From the NCBI GenBank assembly GCA_044866955.1, contig JBIOUH010000106.1:22395-86394 (forward strand): DNA of 64,000 nt, given 5' to 3'. The translations under genes were made by a program, and so were the position numbers. Source of the DNA: Steroidobacteraceae bacterium. GTDB taxonomy: Bacteria > Pseudomonadota > Gammaproteobacteria > Steroidobacterales > Steroidobacteraceae. This document shows positions 47,732-55,491 of this stretch, in pieces. Under the pieces are notes generated by a model. That model ran no database searches. It saw only the letters and a list, made by a program, of their open reading frames with translations, and was not told the DNA's origin. Position 1 is the first letter of the stretch. Each line of letters begins with the position of its first letter.

Positions 47732-48495
47732 GCCGACACTCTGATCAGTTGTTCCTCGACGATCCAGCGCTTCAGCATGCCCGCGGCCACGAGCGGCACT
47801 TCGTCGGCGTCGTGCCATGCGCACAGCGCCTCGCACATCGCGCCGAACGTGCCGCCGGCGCGCATGATCCGGACCGCGACGGCCTCCGCCGGCTCGAGCG
47901 AGCGATACTGCGTCTTGAGATCCTGCCGCCACAGCAGCCACGGCTGCGGCCGGTCGAGCATCGCAGGTCGCGGCGGCGTCTGCTCCTCGGCCAGCGCTTT
48001 GAACAATGCCTGCGCGTTCGTTGCCAGCTCCAGGTACTGCACCGACGGATGAAATTGCAGCCGCAGCTCGGCCCAGTCGCCGGGCGCAACGCTCGCAAGA
48101 CATTCCACGCCGACAGCAGTTGCGTCCGACGCATCGAAAGACGCTGCGAGCGCCCACTCCCAGTGGGCCAGCTCGGCGAGCCAGGGCTGCGAGGGATGCG
48201 ATCGTTCGAGGGACGGCGCCAGGCGATCGCCAAACCAGCGGATCGATGCGAATTGCGACGGATGCGCGTCGACATACGCGGCGGCGATCACGCCGAATTG
48301 CTCGTCGCCGAGCAGCTCCTTCAGGCGCGGCATGTTCGCAGCAAGCGCCTCGGCCAGCCGGATGCGGTAAGCGTTGGAGTAAACGGTAAGCCGCGTCGTC
48401 GCCGGAACGGCCGGCGTGGAGTTCACGGCCTGCATGATCGCAGCGTCGCCCGCGAGGACATGACGCTGGAAATCGTGCTGTAAGTCGGCGAGCAC
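47728..48495 (-). CDS. DUF2063 MNIO partner protein (BufC/HvfC-like)
   Basis: RLTVYSNAYRIRL, LLGDEQF, WFGDRLA, LAELAHWEWAL; starts 2 nt after the DUF692 stop. Confidence 0.85.
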   Translation of the reverse strand: MLADLQHDFQRHVLAGDAAIMQAVNSTPAVPATTRLTVYSNAYRIRLAEALAANMPRLKELLGDEQFGVIAAAYVDAHPSQFASIRWFGDRLAPSLERSHPSQPWLAELAHWEWALAASFDASDATAVGVECLASVAPGDWAELRLQFHPSVQYLELATNAQALFKALAEEQTPPRPAMLDRPQPWLLWRQDLKTQYRSLEPAEAVAVRIMRAGGTFGAMCEALCAWHDADEVPLVAAGMLKRWIVEEQLIRVSA

Positions 48496-48497
48496 GG

Positions 48498-49340
48498 TCA
48501 GGCAGCCTTTGCGGTCAGAGCAATCGAGCGTGCGCGATCCAGCTCCGCGAGCAGCACCGGCAGGTCCGGAATCTTGTCGTCGCGCTCGATCATCGTCGCG
48601 ACCGAGCCGAAGCGCGCGACCGCCGCTGCGTATAGCTGCCAGACTTCTTCGCATACCGGCTCGTCATGCGTGTCGATCAGGTATTCGCCCTGATTGCTGT
48701 GCCCGGCGAGATGGAACTGCTGTACGCGTTCGATCGGCACGCCGCGCAGATACGCCAGCGGATCGAAGCCGTGATTGACGCTGCTGACGTACACGTTGTT
48801 GACATCGAGCAGCAGCTTGCAATCGGCGCGCTCGGCGATCTCGCGCAGGAATTCCCATTCTGTCATTTCGTCGGCGGCGAAGCTGACGTAGGTGGAGACG
48901 TTCTCCAGCACCAGCTGACGGCCGAGCAGATCCTGCACCGCGTGTACGCGGCTCACCACGTGCCGCACGGTCTCCTCGGTGAATGGCAGCGGCATGAGGT
49001 CGTGCAGATTGACGCCGCCGACACCGGTCCAGCACAGGTGATCCGAGATCCACGCCGGCTCGACGCGCGCTGCGAGCGCCCTCACGCTGCGCACGTAGCC
49101 GAGATCGAGCGGATCGGTGCTGCCGATCGACAGCGAGACGCCGTGGAGCACCACCGGGTAGTGCGCGCGCAGCTGATCGAGGAAATGCAGCGGGCGGCCG
49201 CCGGGGACGAGGTAGTTGTCGGTCAGAGCTTCGAGCCAGCCGATGCGGCCGCGATGCTCGCCGAGCAGAGCTTCATAGTGCTGGGGCCGCAGCCCGAGCC
49301 CGAATCCTAAAGAGGACCCGACGGAAGAGAAGGTGGACAC
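48498..49340 (-). CDS. DUF692 multinuclear non-heme iron oxidase (MNIO, BufB-like)
   Basis: [57 protein letters not shown]. Confidence 0.95.
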   Translation of the reverse strand: MSTFSSVGSSLGFGLGLRPQHYEALLGEHRGRIGWLEALTDNYLVPGGRPLHFLDQLRAHYPVVLHGVSLSIGSTDPLDLGYVRSVRALAARVEPAWISDHLCWTGVGGVNLHDLMPLPFTEETVRHVVSRVHAVQDLLGRQLVLENVSTYVSFAADEMTEWEFLREIAERADCKLLLDVNNVYVSSVNHGFDPLAYLRGVPIERVQQFHLAGHSNQGEYLIDTHDEPVCEEVWQLYAAAVARFGSVATMIERDDKIPDLPVLLAELDRARSIALTAKAA

Positions 49341-49356
49341 GCGATGGACATCGAGA

Positions 49357-49386
49357 GGCGGCGCGGTCTGGAGCCTCCGCGCCGCC
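49357..49386 (-). promoter_or_regulatory. Stem-loop between precursor and MNIO gene (mRNA stabiliser or attenuator)
   Basis: Perfect 10-bp stem GGCGGCGCGG / CCGCGCCGCC with no U-tract. Confidence 0.55.
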
Positions 49387-49401
49387 GTGAGCTTCAGCCG
49401 A

Positions 49402-49671
49402 TCAGCTCTTCGCCTTGGCCTTGGCGGCGTCGCACTCCGCCTTCGTCATCGACTTCACGCCTTCGCCCTTGCAGGCGTTCTTGCCGGCGCACTCGTGCTT
49501 CGCGGTCTTGCACTCGCTCGTGCCTTTGCACGCATTGACGCCTTCACACTTCACTTTCGCTTCGTCGGCAGCATTTGCGGCCGACAGGGGCGCGGCCGCA
49601 AACGCAATCGCAGCGGCCGCTGCGAGCGCCAGGCCGGAGAGTCTCACCGAGCTTGTCTTGTCGTGGGCCAT
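49402..49671 (-). CDS. Bufferin-type (BufA2-like) secreted RiPP precursor
   Basis: Sec signal ending ANA-AD; six Cys with a duplicated CxGxNACKG motif; directly upstream of DUF692/DUF2063. Confidence 0.85.
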   Translation of the reverse strand: MAHDKTSSVRLSGLALAAAAAIAFAAAPLSAANAADEAKVKCEGVNACKGTSECKTAKHECAGKNACKGEGVKSMTKAECDAAKAKAKS

Positions 49672-49726
49672 CTATGCCATTCCTCGTTGATTAGAGTGTT
49701 TAACGACGCTCCAAACGGAGCGCGTG

Positions 49727-49758
49727 AGTATACGCGCCGACCATAGGACCGGATGCAA
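49727..49758 (-). promoter_or_regulatory. Candidate sigma70 promoter TTGCAT-N20-TATACT for the RiPP operon
   Basis: TTGCAT at 49758-49753 and TATACT at 49732-49727; GCAATAAAA direct repeat just upstream. Confidence 0.4.
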
Positions 49759-49795
49759 ATCGGTTTTATTGCTTTTATTGCAACGCAAAGGTCGC

Positions 49796-49831
49796 AAAAA
49801 AATAAGGCGGACGGCTCGCGCCGCCCGCCTT
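49796..49831 (-). terminator. Rho-independent terminator of the BON gene
   Basis: 12-bp stem AAGGCGGGCGGC-GCGA-GCCGTCCGCCTT followed by ATTTTTTT on the minus strand. Confidence 0.85.
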
Positions 49832-49857
49832 CGCAGTCTCTTCGAACCGCAAGTCAG

Positions 49858-50190
49858 CTAGGAGCCGGACTCGCCCTTGCGCACTTCCATGGCGTCCTTC
49901 ACTTTGCGGACGCCGTCGACGTTACGAGCGAGTTGCAGCGCGCGGCTGCGCGCCTCATCGGATTCCACGAAGCCGCTCAGCTGCACAGTGCCCTTGAAGG
50001 TTTCGACGTTGATCTGGTGCGCTTTCGTCACCGGATCCGCGACCAGCGCGGCCCTGACCTTGGCGGTCACGACTCCATCGTCGACGGCCTCGCCGGCCGA
50101 CTGCTGCGTCGGCGTGCTGGAGCAGCCAGTCACGACGGCCGAAGCCATCAGGGCGGCGAGCAGTGTGGCCGCCGTGCTTCTGCGCTTCAT
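49858..50190 (-). CDS. BON domain lipoprotein (OsmY-like)
   Basis: Lipobox VTGC; DDGVVTAKVRAAL, INVETFKGTVQLSGFV, VDGVRKV. Confidence 0.92.
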   Translation of the reverse strand: MKRRSTAATLLAALMASAVVTGCSSTPTQQSAGEAVDDGVVTAKVRAALVADPVTKAHQINVETFKGTVQLSGFVESDEARSRALQLARNVDGVRKVKDAMEVRKGESGS

Positions 50191-50226
50191 GTTCCCCATC
50201 TCCTCAGCTCAATGCCAAATAAGCTG

Positions 50227-50652
50227 CTAGCCCGAGCCGTCGCGACGCTGCTCGGCAGCGCGCTTCGCGGCATCGAGGTCGCGGTCCGCACGATCCTTGC
50301 AGTCCCTCTGCGCGTCGCCGCTCATCGATTCGCACTTCTCCGTAGCAACCTTGTGCGTCGCCTCGGCCTGCGCCACTGCGACCTTGTAGTCGTTCTTGGC
50401 GGCAGTCTCGCTGGCCTGCTGCGCCTGATCGGCCACGTCGTTCGGATCGTGATCCGCTTGGGCATCCGCGACGTCCTTCTGCGCATCAGCCGTATTCTCA
50501 CGCGCGTCCGCCTGGGCGTCCGCGACGTCACGCTGGGCGTCGGCCCGTGCGTCGGCTACGTCGTGCTGCACCTCTGCCGGCGATTCTGCCTTGTTGCAGC
50601 CTGCGAGTGCGAGCCCGGCCACCATGGCGATAAGAAATGCGTTCCCCTTCAT
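50227..50652 (-). CDS. Ala/Asp-rich helical lipoprotein, hypothetical
   Basis: Lipobox LAGC; DVADA repeats; EKC...RDCK pair. Confidence 0.8.
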   Translation of the reverse strand: MKGNAFLIAMVAGLALAGCNKAESPAEVQHDVADARADAQRDVADAQADARENTADAQKDVADAQADHDPNDVADQAQQASETAAKNDYKVAVAQAEATHKVATEKCESMSGDAQRDCKDRADRDLDAAKRAAEQRRDGSG

Positions 50653-50686
50653 GTCGGTATCCTCGATTAAGGTAAGTACGTCGTAG

Positions 50687-50794
50687 AAACCCTCGCCTCA
50701 ACCTGCCGGTTCCGTTGCAAAAAATCCCCGGCACCCGGGCGGTGCACGGGGAGTAAATGCCGACGGCGGAACCAGAAAATGCGCGCACACGTTT
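50687..50794. promoter_or_regulatory. Divergent ECF-like promoters GGAACC-N16-(C/G)GTTT
   Basis: Minus strand: GGAACC 50713-50708 and GGTTT 50691-50687. Plus strand: GGAACC 50768-50773 and CGTTT 50790-50794. Confidence 0.55.
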
Positions 50795-50873
50795 CAGTGT
50801 TTCTGGGTCGCGGGCTTTTGTACGCGATCCACGGACGATCCGGGACGATCCATTGCCATCCTTCGCAGACGAG

Positions 50874-52298
50874 ATGGAGCCGCCGAGCTCCGCGCCGCCC
50901 CCGCGCAACCTCCCGCCCGAGACCGGCGGGCGGGTGCCTCTGCACGTCATCGCGATCATCGTGGTCTCGATCGCGCTGCTCGTGATCAACGCCTCGCTGC
51001 TGATCATCAATACGGCAGCGACGATGGACTCGAACGCGCACTACGCGCGCTCGACTGAGATCAAGCGCGCGCTCACCACCTTCCAGTCGGTTATTACCCA
51101 GGCGGAGTCGGCGCAGCGCGGCTATCTGCTGACCGGCCAGACTGGCTACCTGGAGCCGTATCACGTCGCGATGCGCAGCTGGCGCAAGCAGATCGATCTG
51201 TTGCGCGAGCTCACGACGGACGACCCGAAGCGGCAGGCGGACATCGCCTCCCTCGAGGGGCTGACGACCGCCGCCGTGAGCCGCCTGGATCAGACGATTC
51301 GCAGCAGCCCGCAACCCGGGCCGCACGGCAACGCGGACGTCGCCGGCACCGATCGCGCGACGCAGACGATGGATCGCGTGCGGGGCGTCGTCGATCGCAT
51401 GATGAGCGAGGAAGACTCGCGCATCGAAGCGTCGCGCCGCGAAGTGCTGCGGGATATGTGGGTCGGCGCCGGCGTCGCCGTGCTGGCCACGGTCGTGACG
51501 GTCGCGGTCCTGATTGCGCTCAACAAGCTGCTGCAACGATACGTCCGCGACAGCGAAAGCGCCGGTCGGGCGCTGCGCGAAGCCAATCAGCGCCTGAACG
51601 ATCTGGTCGAGCAGCGCACCGCCGAGCTCACCGAGCTGTCGCAGCACCTGATCCGCGTGTCGGAGGAGGAAAAGGCCAAGCTGGCGCGCGAGCTGCACGA
51701 CACGCTGGGCAGCAACCTGACCGCGATCAACATGGATCTGAACTGGATTCAGCGTCGCCTGCCGGATGCTTCCCGGGAAGTGCGCGAGCGTCTGCAGCGG
51801 GTGCTGCAGATGCTGGCCGATACGGTCGAGCTGAAGCACGAAGTGATCGAGGGCCTGCGCCCGAGCCACCTGGACAACCTGGGGCTGGCGTTCGCGATGC
51901 GCTCGCATTGCCGCGAGTTCACGCGCCGCACCGGCCTGGCGTGCGATATCGAGGTGCACGAGGACTTCGATGACCTGGACCCGTCCTGGTCGATCGCCTT
52001 CTACCGCATCGCCCAGGAAGCGCTCACCAACATCACCAAGCACGCCCAGGCGAACCATGTGCGGATCACGCTGGCCCGCGAGCCGGACGGGGTGCGGCTG
52101 CGCATCGCCGACGATGGCGTCGGCCTGACGGACGAGGCGCTGGCCAAACCCAAATCGCACGGGGTGGTCGGCATGCGCGAGCGCGTCCGCGAGATGGGCG
52201 GGACCTTCGCCATCCGCCGTCCGTCGAGCGGCCGCGGGACGGTGGTGGAGGCGTTCATCCCCAATCCCGGCAAGGCTTCGGCCTGGAGCGCGGCGTAG
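50874..52298 (+). CDS. CHASE3 sensor histidine kinase (HisKA_3 type)
   Basis: AESAQRGYLLTG..YLEPY (CHASE3); ARELHD, QEALTNITKHA, DDGVG, GVVGMRER. Confidence 0.92.
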   Translation: MEPPSSAPPPRNLPPETGGRVPLHVIAIIVVSIALLVINASLLIINTAATMDSNAHYARSTEIKRALTTFQSVITQAESAQRGYLLTGQTGYLEPYHVAMRSWRKQIDLLRELTTDDPKRQADIASLEGLTTAAVSRLDQTIRSSPQPGPHGNADVAGTDRATQTMDRVRGVVDRMMSEEDSRIEASRREVLRDMWVGAGVAVLATVVTVAVLIALNKLLQRYVRDSESAGRALREANQRLNDLVEQRTAELTELSQHLIRVSEEEKAKLARELHDTLGSNLTAINMDLNWIQRRLPDASREVRERLQRVLQMLADTVELKHEVIEGLRPSHLDNLGLAFAMRSHCREFTRRTGLACDIEVHEDFDDLDPSWSIAFYRIAQEALTNITKHAQANHVRITLAREPDGVRLRIADDGVGLTDEALAKPKSHGVVGMRERVREMGGTFAIRRPSSGRGTVVEAFIPNPGKASAWSAA

Positions 52299-52438
52299 GA
52301 GGGGGCTGACGAAGGCCGTTCCAGGGGTCTGCGGCGGCCGGCGTGAAATGAATCGCGCAATGTCGGGAACATTTCGGCACGCCCAAGCGGTTGTGTCAGT
52401 CGAAGGCCGCGTAAGGCCAGCGTATAGGGGCGAGCTCT

Positions 52439-52795
52439 ATGGAAAACCAGATGACCGATACTGTTCCGGCACGCGACGCGCGCGCGTATTTGGGGCATGA
52501 CACTGACGCTCGCGCGGAATTGCGGGAACTAGCGGTCCTGCAGGTGCCGGTCGGCACCAATCTGGCAGACGTCGAGCGCTGGATGATCTTTGCGACGCTG
52601 CAGAAGTGCGGCGGCAACAAGACGCGCGCGGCGGCGTTGCTGGGCGTGAGTCTGAAGACGCTCTACAACCGCCTGAACGCCTACCGGGCGCAGGGGCTGG
52701 TGATGGATTACGCAGCCACGGCCGGGCGGGACATCGAGATCACGGGCATGCATGCCGATCTCGTGGACGACGAACTCACGGAGGTATCCGGATGA
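52439..52795 (+). CDS. Stand-alone Fis-type HTH protein
   Basis: LADVERWMIFATLQKCGGNKTRAAALLGVSLKTLYNRL; no AAA+ or receiver domain. Start uncertain. Confidence 0.8.
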   Translation: MENQMTDTVPARDARAYLGHDTDARAELRELAVLQVPVGTNLADVERWMIFATLQKCGGNKTRAAALLGVSLKTLYNRLNAYRAQGLVMDYAATAGRDIEITGMHADLVDDELTEVSG

Positions 52796-53484
52796 TGTTG
52801 GATGCGAGAGAAAACGAGAGTCGGGACACCTTCCAGCAGGTGCAGACGCCGATCCGGGTGATGATCGTGGACGATCACGCGATCCTACGGGCCGGCGTGC
52901 GCGAGATGCTGTCGGAAGAACAGGATCTGCAGGTGGTCGGCGAGGCCGGCTCGGCTGAGGAAGCCCTGCAGCAGCTGCGCGAGGGGCTGAAGGTCGACGT
53001 CGTGGTGCTCGACATCACGCTGCCCGGGCAGAGCGGTATCGACCTGCTCAAGCAGCTGCGGCGCGACCGTCCGGAGTTGGCGATCCTGGTGCTGAGCATG
53101 CACCCGGAGCGCAGCTTCGCGGTGCGCTTGATGCGTGCCGGCGCGAACGGCTACGTGCCGAAGATGATCGTCCCCGAAGAGCTGGTGAAAGCGGTGCGCG
53201 CTGTCGGCACCGGCAGGCGTTACATCACGCCGCTGGTCGCTGAGCTGCTCGCATCGGAATGCGCGGCGGACGAAGAGGGGCCGCTGCACAACCGCCTGTC
53301 GGAGCGCGAGCTGCAGGTTTTCACCCGCATCGCCCGCGGCGTATCGCCCGCGGTCATGGCGAACGAGCTGGGCCTGAGCGTGAAGACCGTCAGCACTTAT
53401 CGCGCGCGCATCCTCGAGAAGATGGGAATGCGCAGCAATGCAGAAATCGCCGCCTACGCCGTCCGCAACCAGCTGGTCGAGTAG
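52792..53484 (+). CDS. NarL/LuxR family response regulator
   Basis: IVDDH, VLDITLP, GYVPK, LSERELQV, LSVKTVSTYR. Confidence 0.93.
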   Translation: MMLDARENESRDTFQQVQTPIRVMIVDDHAILRAGVREMLSEEQDLQVVGEAGSAEEALQQLREGLKVDVVVLDITLPGQSGIDLLKQLRRDRPELAILVLSMHPERSFAVRLMRAGANGYVPKMIVPEELVKAVRAVGTGRRYITPLVAELLASECAADEEGPLHNRLSERELQVFTRIARGVSPAVMANELGLSVKTVSTYRARILEKMGMRSNAEIAAYAVRNQLVE

Positions 53485-53935
53485 GCCTTGGCTCTGCGCC
53501 GGGGAGTCGACGCCGGGTAGCGAGAGCGACACCGGCACTCACCCGGCGCTGCGCGCGCTCGGGCAGGCGGAGCTGACGATCTACATCGTCGAGGACTCGG
53601 AGGCGGTCAAGGAGCGCCTGATCGAGTCGGTCGAGGATATCCCGCACGCACGTGTCGTCGGCAGTGCAGAGGGCGTCACTGAGGCGCTCGAAGGCATGCG
53701 CGCACTGCAGCCGCGAGTACTCATCCTGGACATCCAGCTGCGCGGCGGCAGCGGATTCCGGCTGCTGAAGATGATGCGCGCTGCGGGCATGAGCCGGCCC
53801 GAGACCATCATCGTCGTGACCAACTACCCCTCGGATGACTACCGCACTGCGAGCCGCGACTGCGGCGCGGATCATTTCTTCGACAAGGCCTCGGAATTCC
53901 ACAAGGTGCGCGAAGTCCTGCTGGACATGCGCTGA
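53438..53935 (+). CDS. Single-domain response regulator (start uncertain, probably downstream)
   Basis: IYIVEDS, LDIQL, VVTN, FFDK. Confidence 0.82.
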   Translation: MQKSPPTPSATSWSSRPWLCAGESTPGSESDTGTHPALRALGQAELTIYIVEDSEAVKERLIESVEDIPHARVVGSAEGVTEALEGMRALQPRVLILDIQLRGGSGFRLLKMMRAAGMSRPETIIVVTNYPSDDYRTASRDCGADHFFDKASEFHKVREVLLDMR

Positions 53936-54129
53936 GCCGAGGGAATTGGCATTCCATGGATCCAAAGGCCCCGCTGATGCGTTGCATGCCCCGGTGGTTG
54001 ATTCGGCTCGGGCCGGTGCAGCGCCTCCCCGGGCCTCGGACATTGCGCAACACGTCGTATGGACCTCCCCAGGACGATGGGGGCACCCGCTGAGAACCCA
54101 TCGGACGCCATGCAGACGGCTGCGCACTT

Positions 54130-54162
54130 GAGGCCGCGCCGTAAGGCACGGCCTCTTTTTTT
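54130..54162 (+). terminator. Rho-independent terminator directly before the DUF4142 RBS
   Basis: GAGGCCGCGCC-GTAA-GGCACGGCCTC followed by TTTTTTT. Confidence 0.8.
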
Positions 54163-54175
54163 GTGAGGTGCACTC

Positions 54176-54796
54176 ATGTCGGCCCACCTGCGACCCACCT
54201 TACGACCTTCAATCCTCCTGTCTGTTCTGCTCGCATCGCAGGCCCTCGCGTGCGCCGCGCTCGCGCAGCAGACCGACGAAGATCGCCCGCGCCAATCCAC
54301 ACTCGAGCGGGGCCGGGAGATCGATCGCACGCGCATGACGCAAACTCCCCTGTCCAGGACGGTGACGCCGCAATCGTTCGCGACTCAGGCGGCAGTCATC
54401 GGTCAGGCGGAGATCGAGCTCGGCAAGCTGGCCCTGCGGCAGACGCAGGATCCAGGTGTACGCACCTACGCGCAGCGCATGGTCGATGATCATCAGGCTG
54501 CAGCCGCGAAGCTGACGAAGATCGCCGGCGAGGAACAGCTCGAGTTGCCGCAGGCACTCGACGCGGAACACCAGGCGCTGAAGGAGAAGCTCTCGGAGCT
54601 GCGCGGCGCAGCGTTCGATCGCGAGTACGCCAAGGCGATGGCGAAGGGGCACGACCACGCAGTCGCGCTGTTCGAGGCGGCGTCACAAGCCGCTCAGATG
54701 CCATCCGAGCTGAAGGAGTTCGCCGCTGCGACGTTGCCGACGCTGAAGGAGCACATGGCGATGGCGCACGAGCTGCACGCAAAAGAAGGCGGGTAG
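54176..54796 (+). CDS. DUF4142 domain protein
   Basis: Signal peptide; EIELGKLA, YAQRMVDDH, FDREY, HDHAVALF, TLPTLKEH. Confidence 0.9.
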   Translation: MSAHLRPTLRPSILLSVLLASQALACAALAQQTDEDRPRQSTLERGREIDRTRMTQTPLSRTVTPQSFATQAAVIGQAEIELGKLALRQTQDPGVRTYAQRMVDDHQAAAAKLTKIAGEEQLELPQALDAEHQALKEKLSELRGAAFDREYAKAMAKGHDHAVALFEAASQAAQMPSELKEFAAATLPTLKEHMAMAHELHAKEGG

Positions 54797-54808
54797 CCCG
54801 CGAGGGAT

Positions 54809-55042
54809 TTACTTCTTGTGCCGGTCGTCGGGCACGAGATTGCGGCTCCAGTCGGCGCGCGCGCGCGTCGAGTCGTACTCGACTGCGTTCTCCGAATGCG
54901 TGCTGCGGCATTCGTCCTGCCAGCGCACGACCAGGTAGCGGCCCGTGCGCAGCTGCCAGACGTCGCCGCGCAGGTCCATGTCGCTGTCTTTCAATCGGAC
55001 GGGATCGCCGACGCGCAGTCGGCTGTCGTGCTCTTCGCTCAT
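54809..55042 (-). CDS. Small hypothetical protein (77 aa, SH3/KOW-like beta pattern)
   Basis: AGGAG RBS; LRVGDPVRL..G.V...VVRW. Confidence 0.6.
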   Translation of the reverse strand: MSEEHDSRLRVGDPVRLKDSDMDLRGDVWQLRTGRYLVVRWQDECRSTHSENAVEYDSTRARADWSRNLVPDDRHKK

Positions 55043-55237
55043 GACGCTCTCCTGGAACCGCTATCGGCGCGAGCGTGTGCGTAGCCTAGTGCGACCGGCA
55101 CCGAGGATGGATTCGGGGAAAATCGCAATCGCCGCAGTGGATGCTCAGGATGAGCAGCCCGTCACGAATGAACGACGATTGCGCTTGTGAGGGGCTTCAC
55201 AGTTTGTAAGAGGTACGCGCGACGCGCGCACCGAGCG

Positions 55238-55462
55238 TCATTCCGTCCACCAGCCCATGAATTCTTCGAAGCTGATCTTGCCGTCGCCGTCCGCGTCGGT
55301 CATCTCGAATGCCAGCAGGCATTCGTCCTCCGACAAGTCCTGGTCGAGCACGTGCAGCAGGGCGGCGAATTCCCCGACGATGATCCAGCCGTCGCCGTTG
55401 CTGTCGCAGCTGTCGAAGCTCTCGCGCAGCTCGGCGAGTTCGTCGGTGCTGAGATCTTTCAT
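55238..55462 (-). CDS. EF-hand pair calcium-binding protein
   Basis: Loops DSNGDGWIIVGE and DADGDGKISFEE; GGGAG RBS. Confidence 0.9.
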   Translation of the reverse strand: MKDLSTDELAELRESFDSCDSNGDGWIIVGEFAALLHVLDQDLSEDECLLAFEMTDADGDGKISFEEFMGWWTE

Positions 55463-55491
55463 TGCTGACTCCCTTTTGTTCGTGCGCGATT

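Noticed and set aside
55054-55078. Third GGAACC...CGTGT ECF promoter
   Set aside because: Spacer is 14 nt rather than 16.
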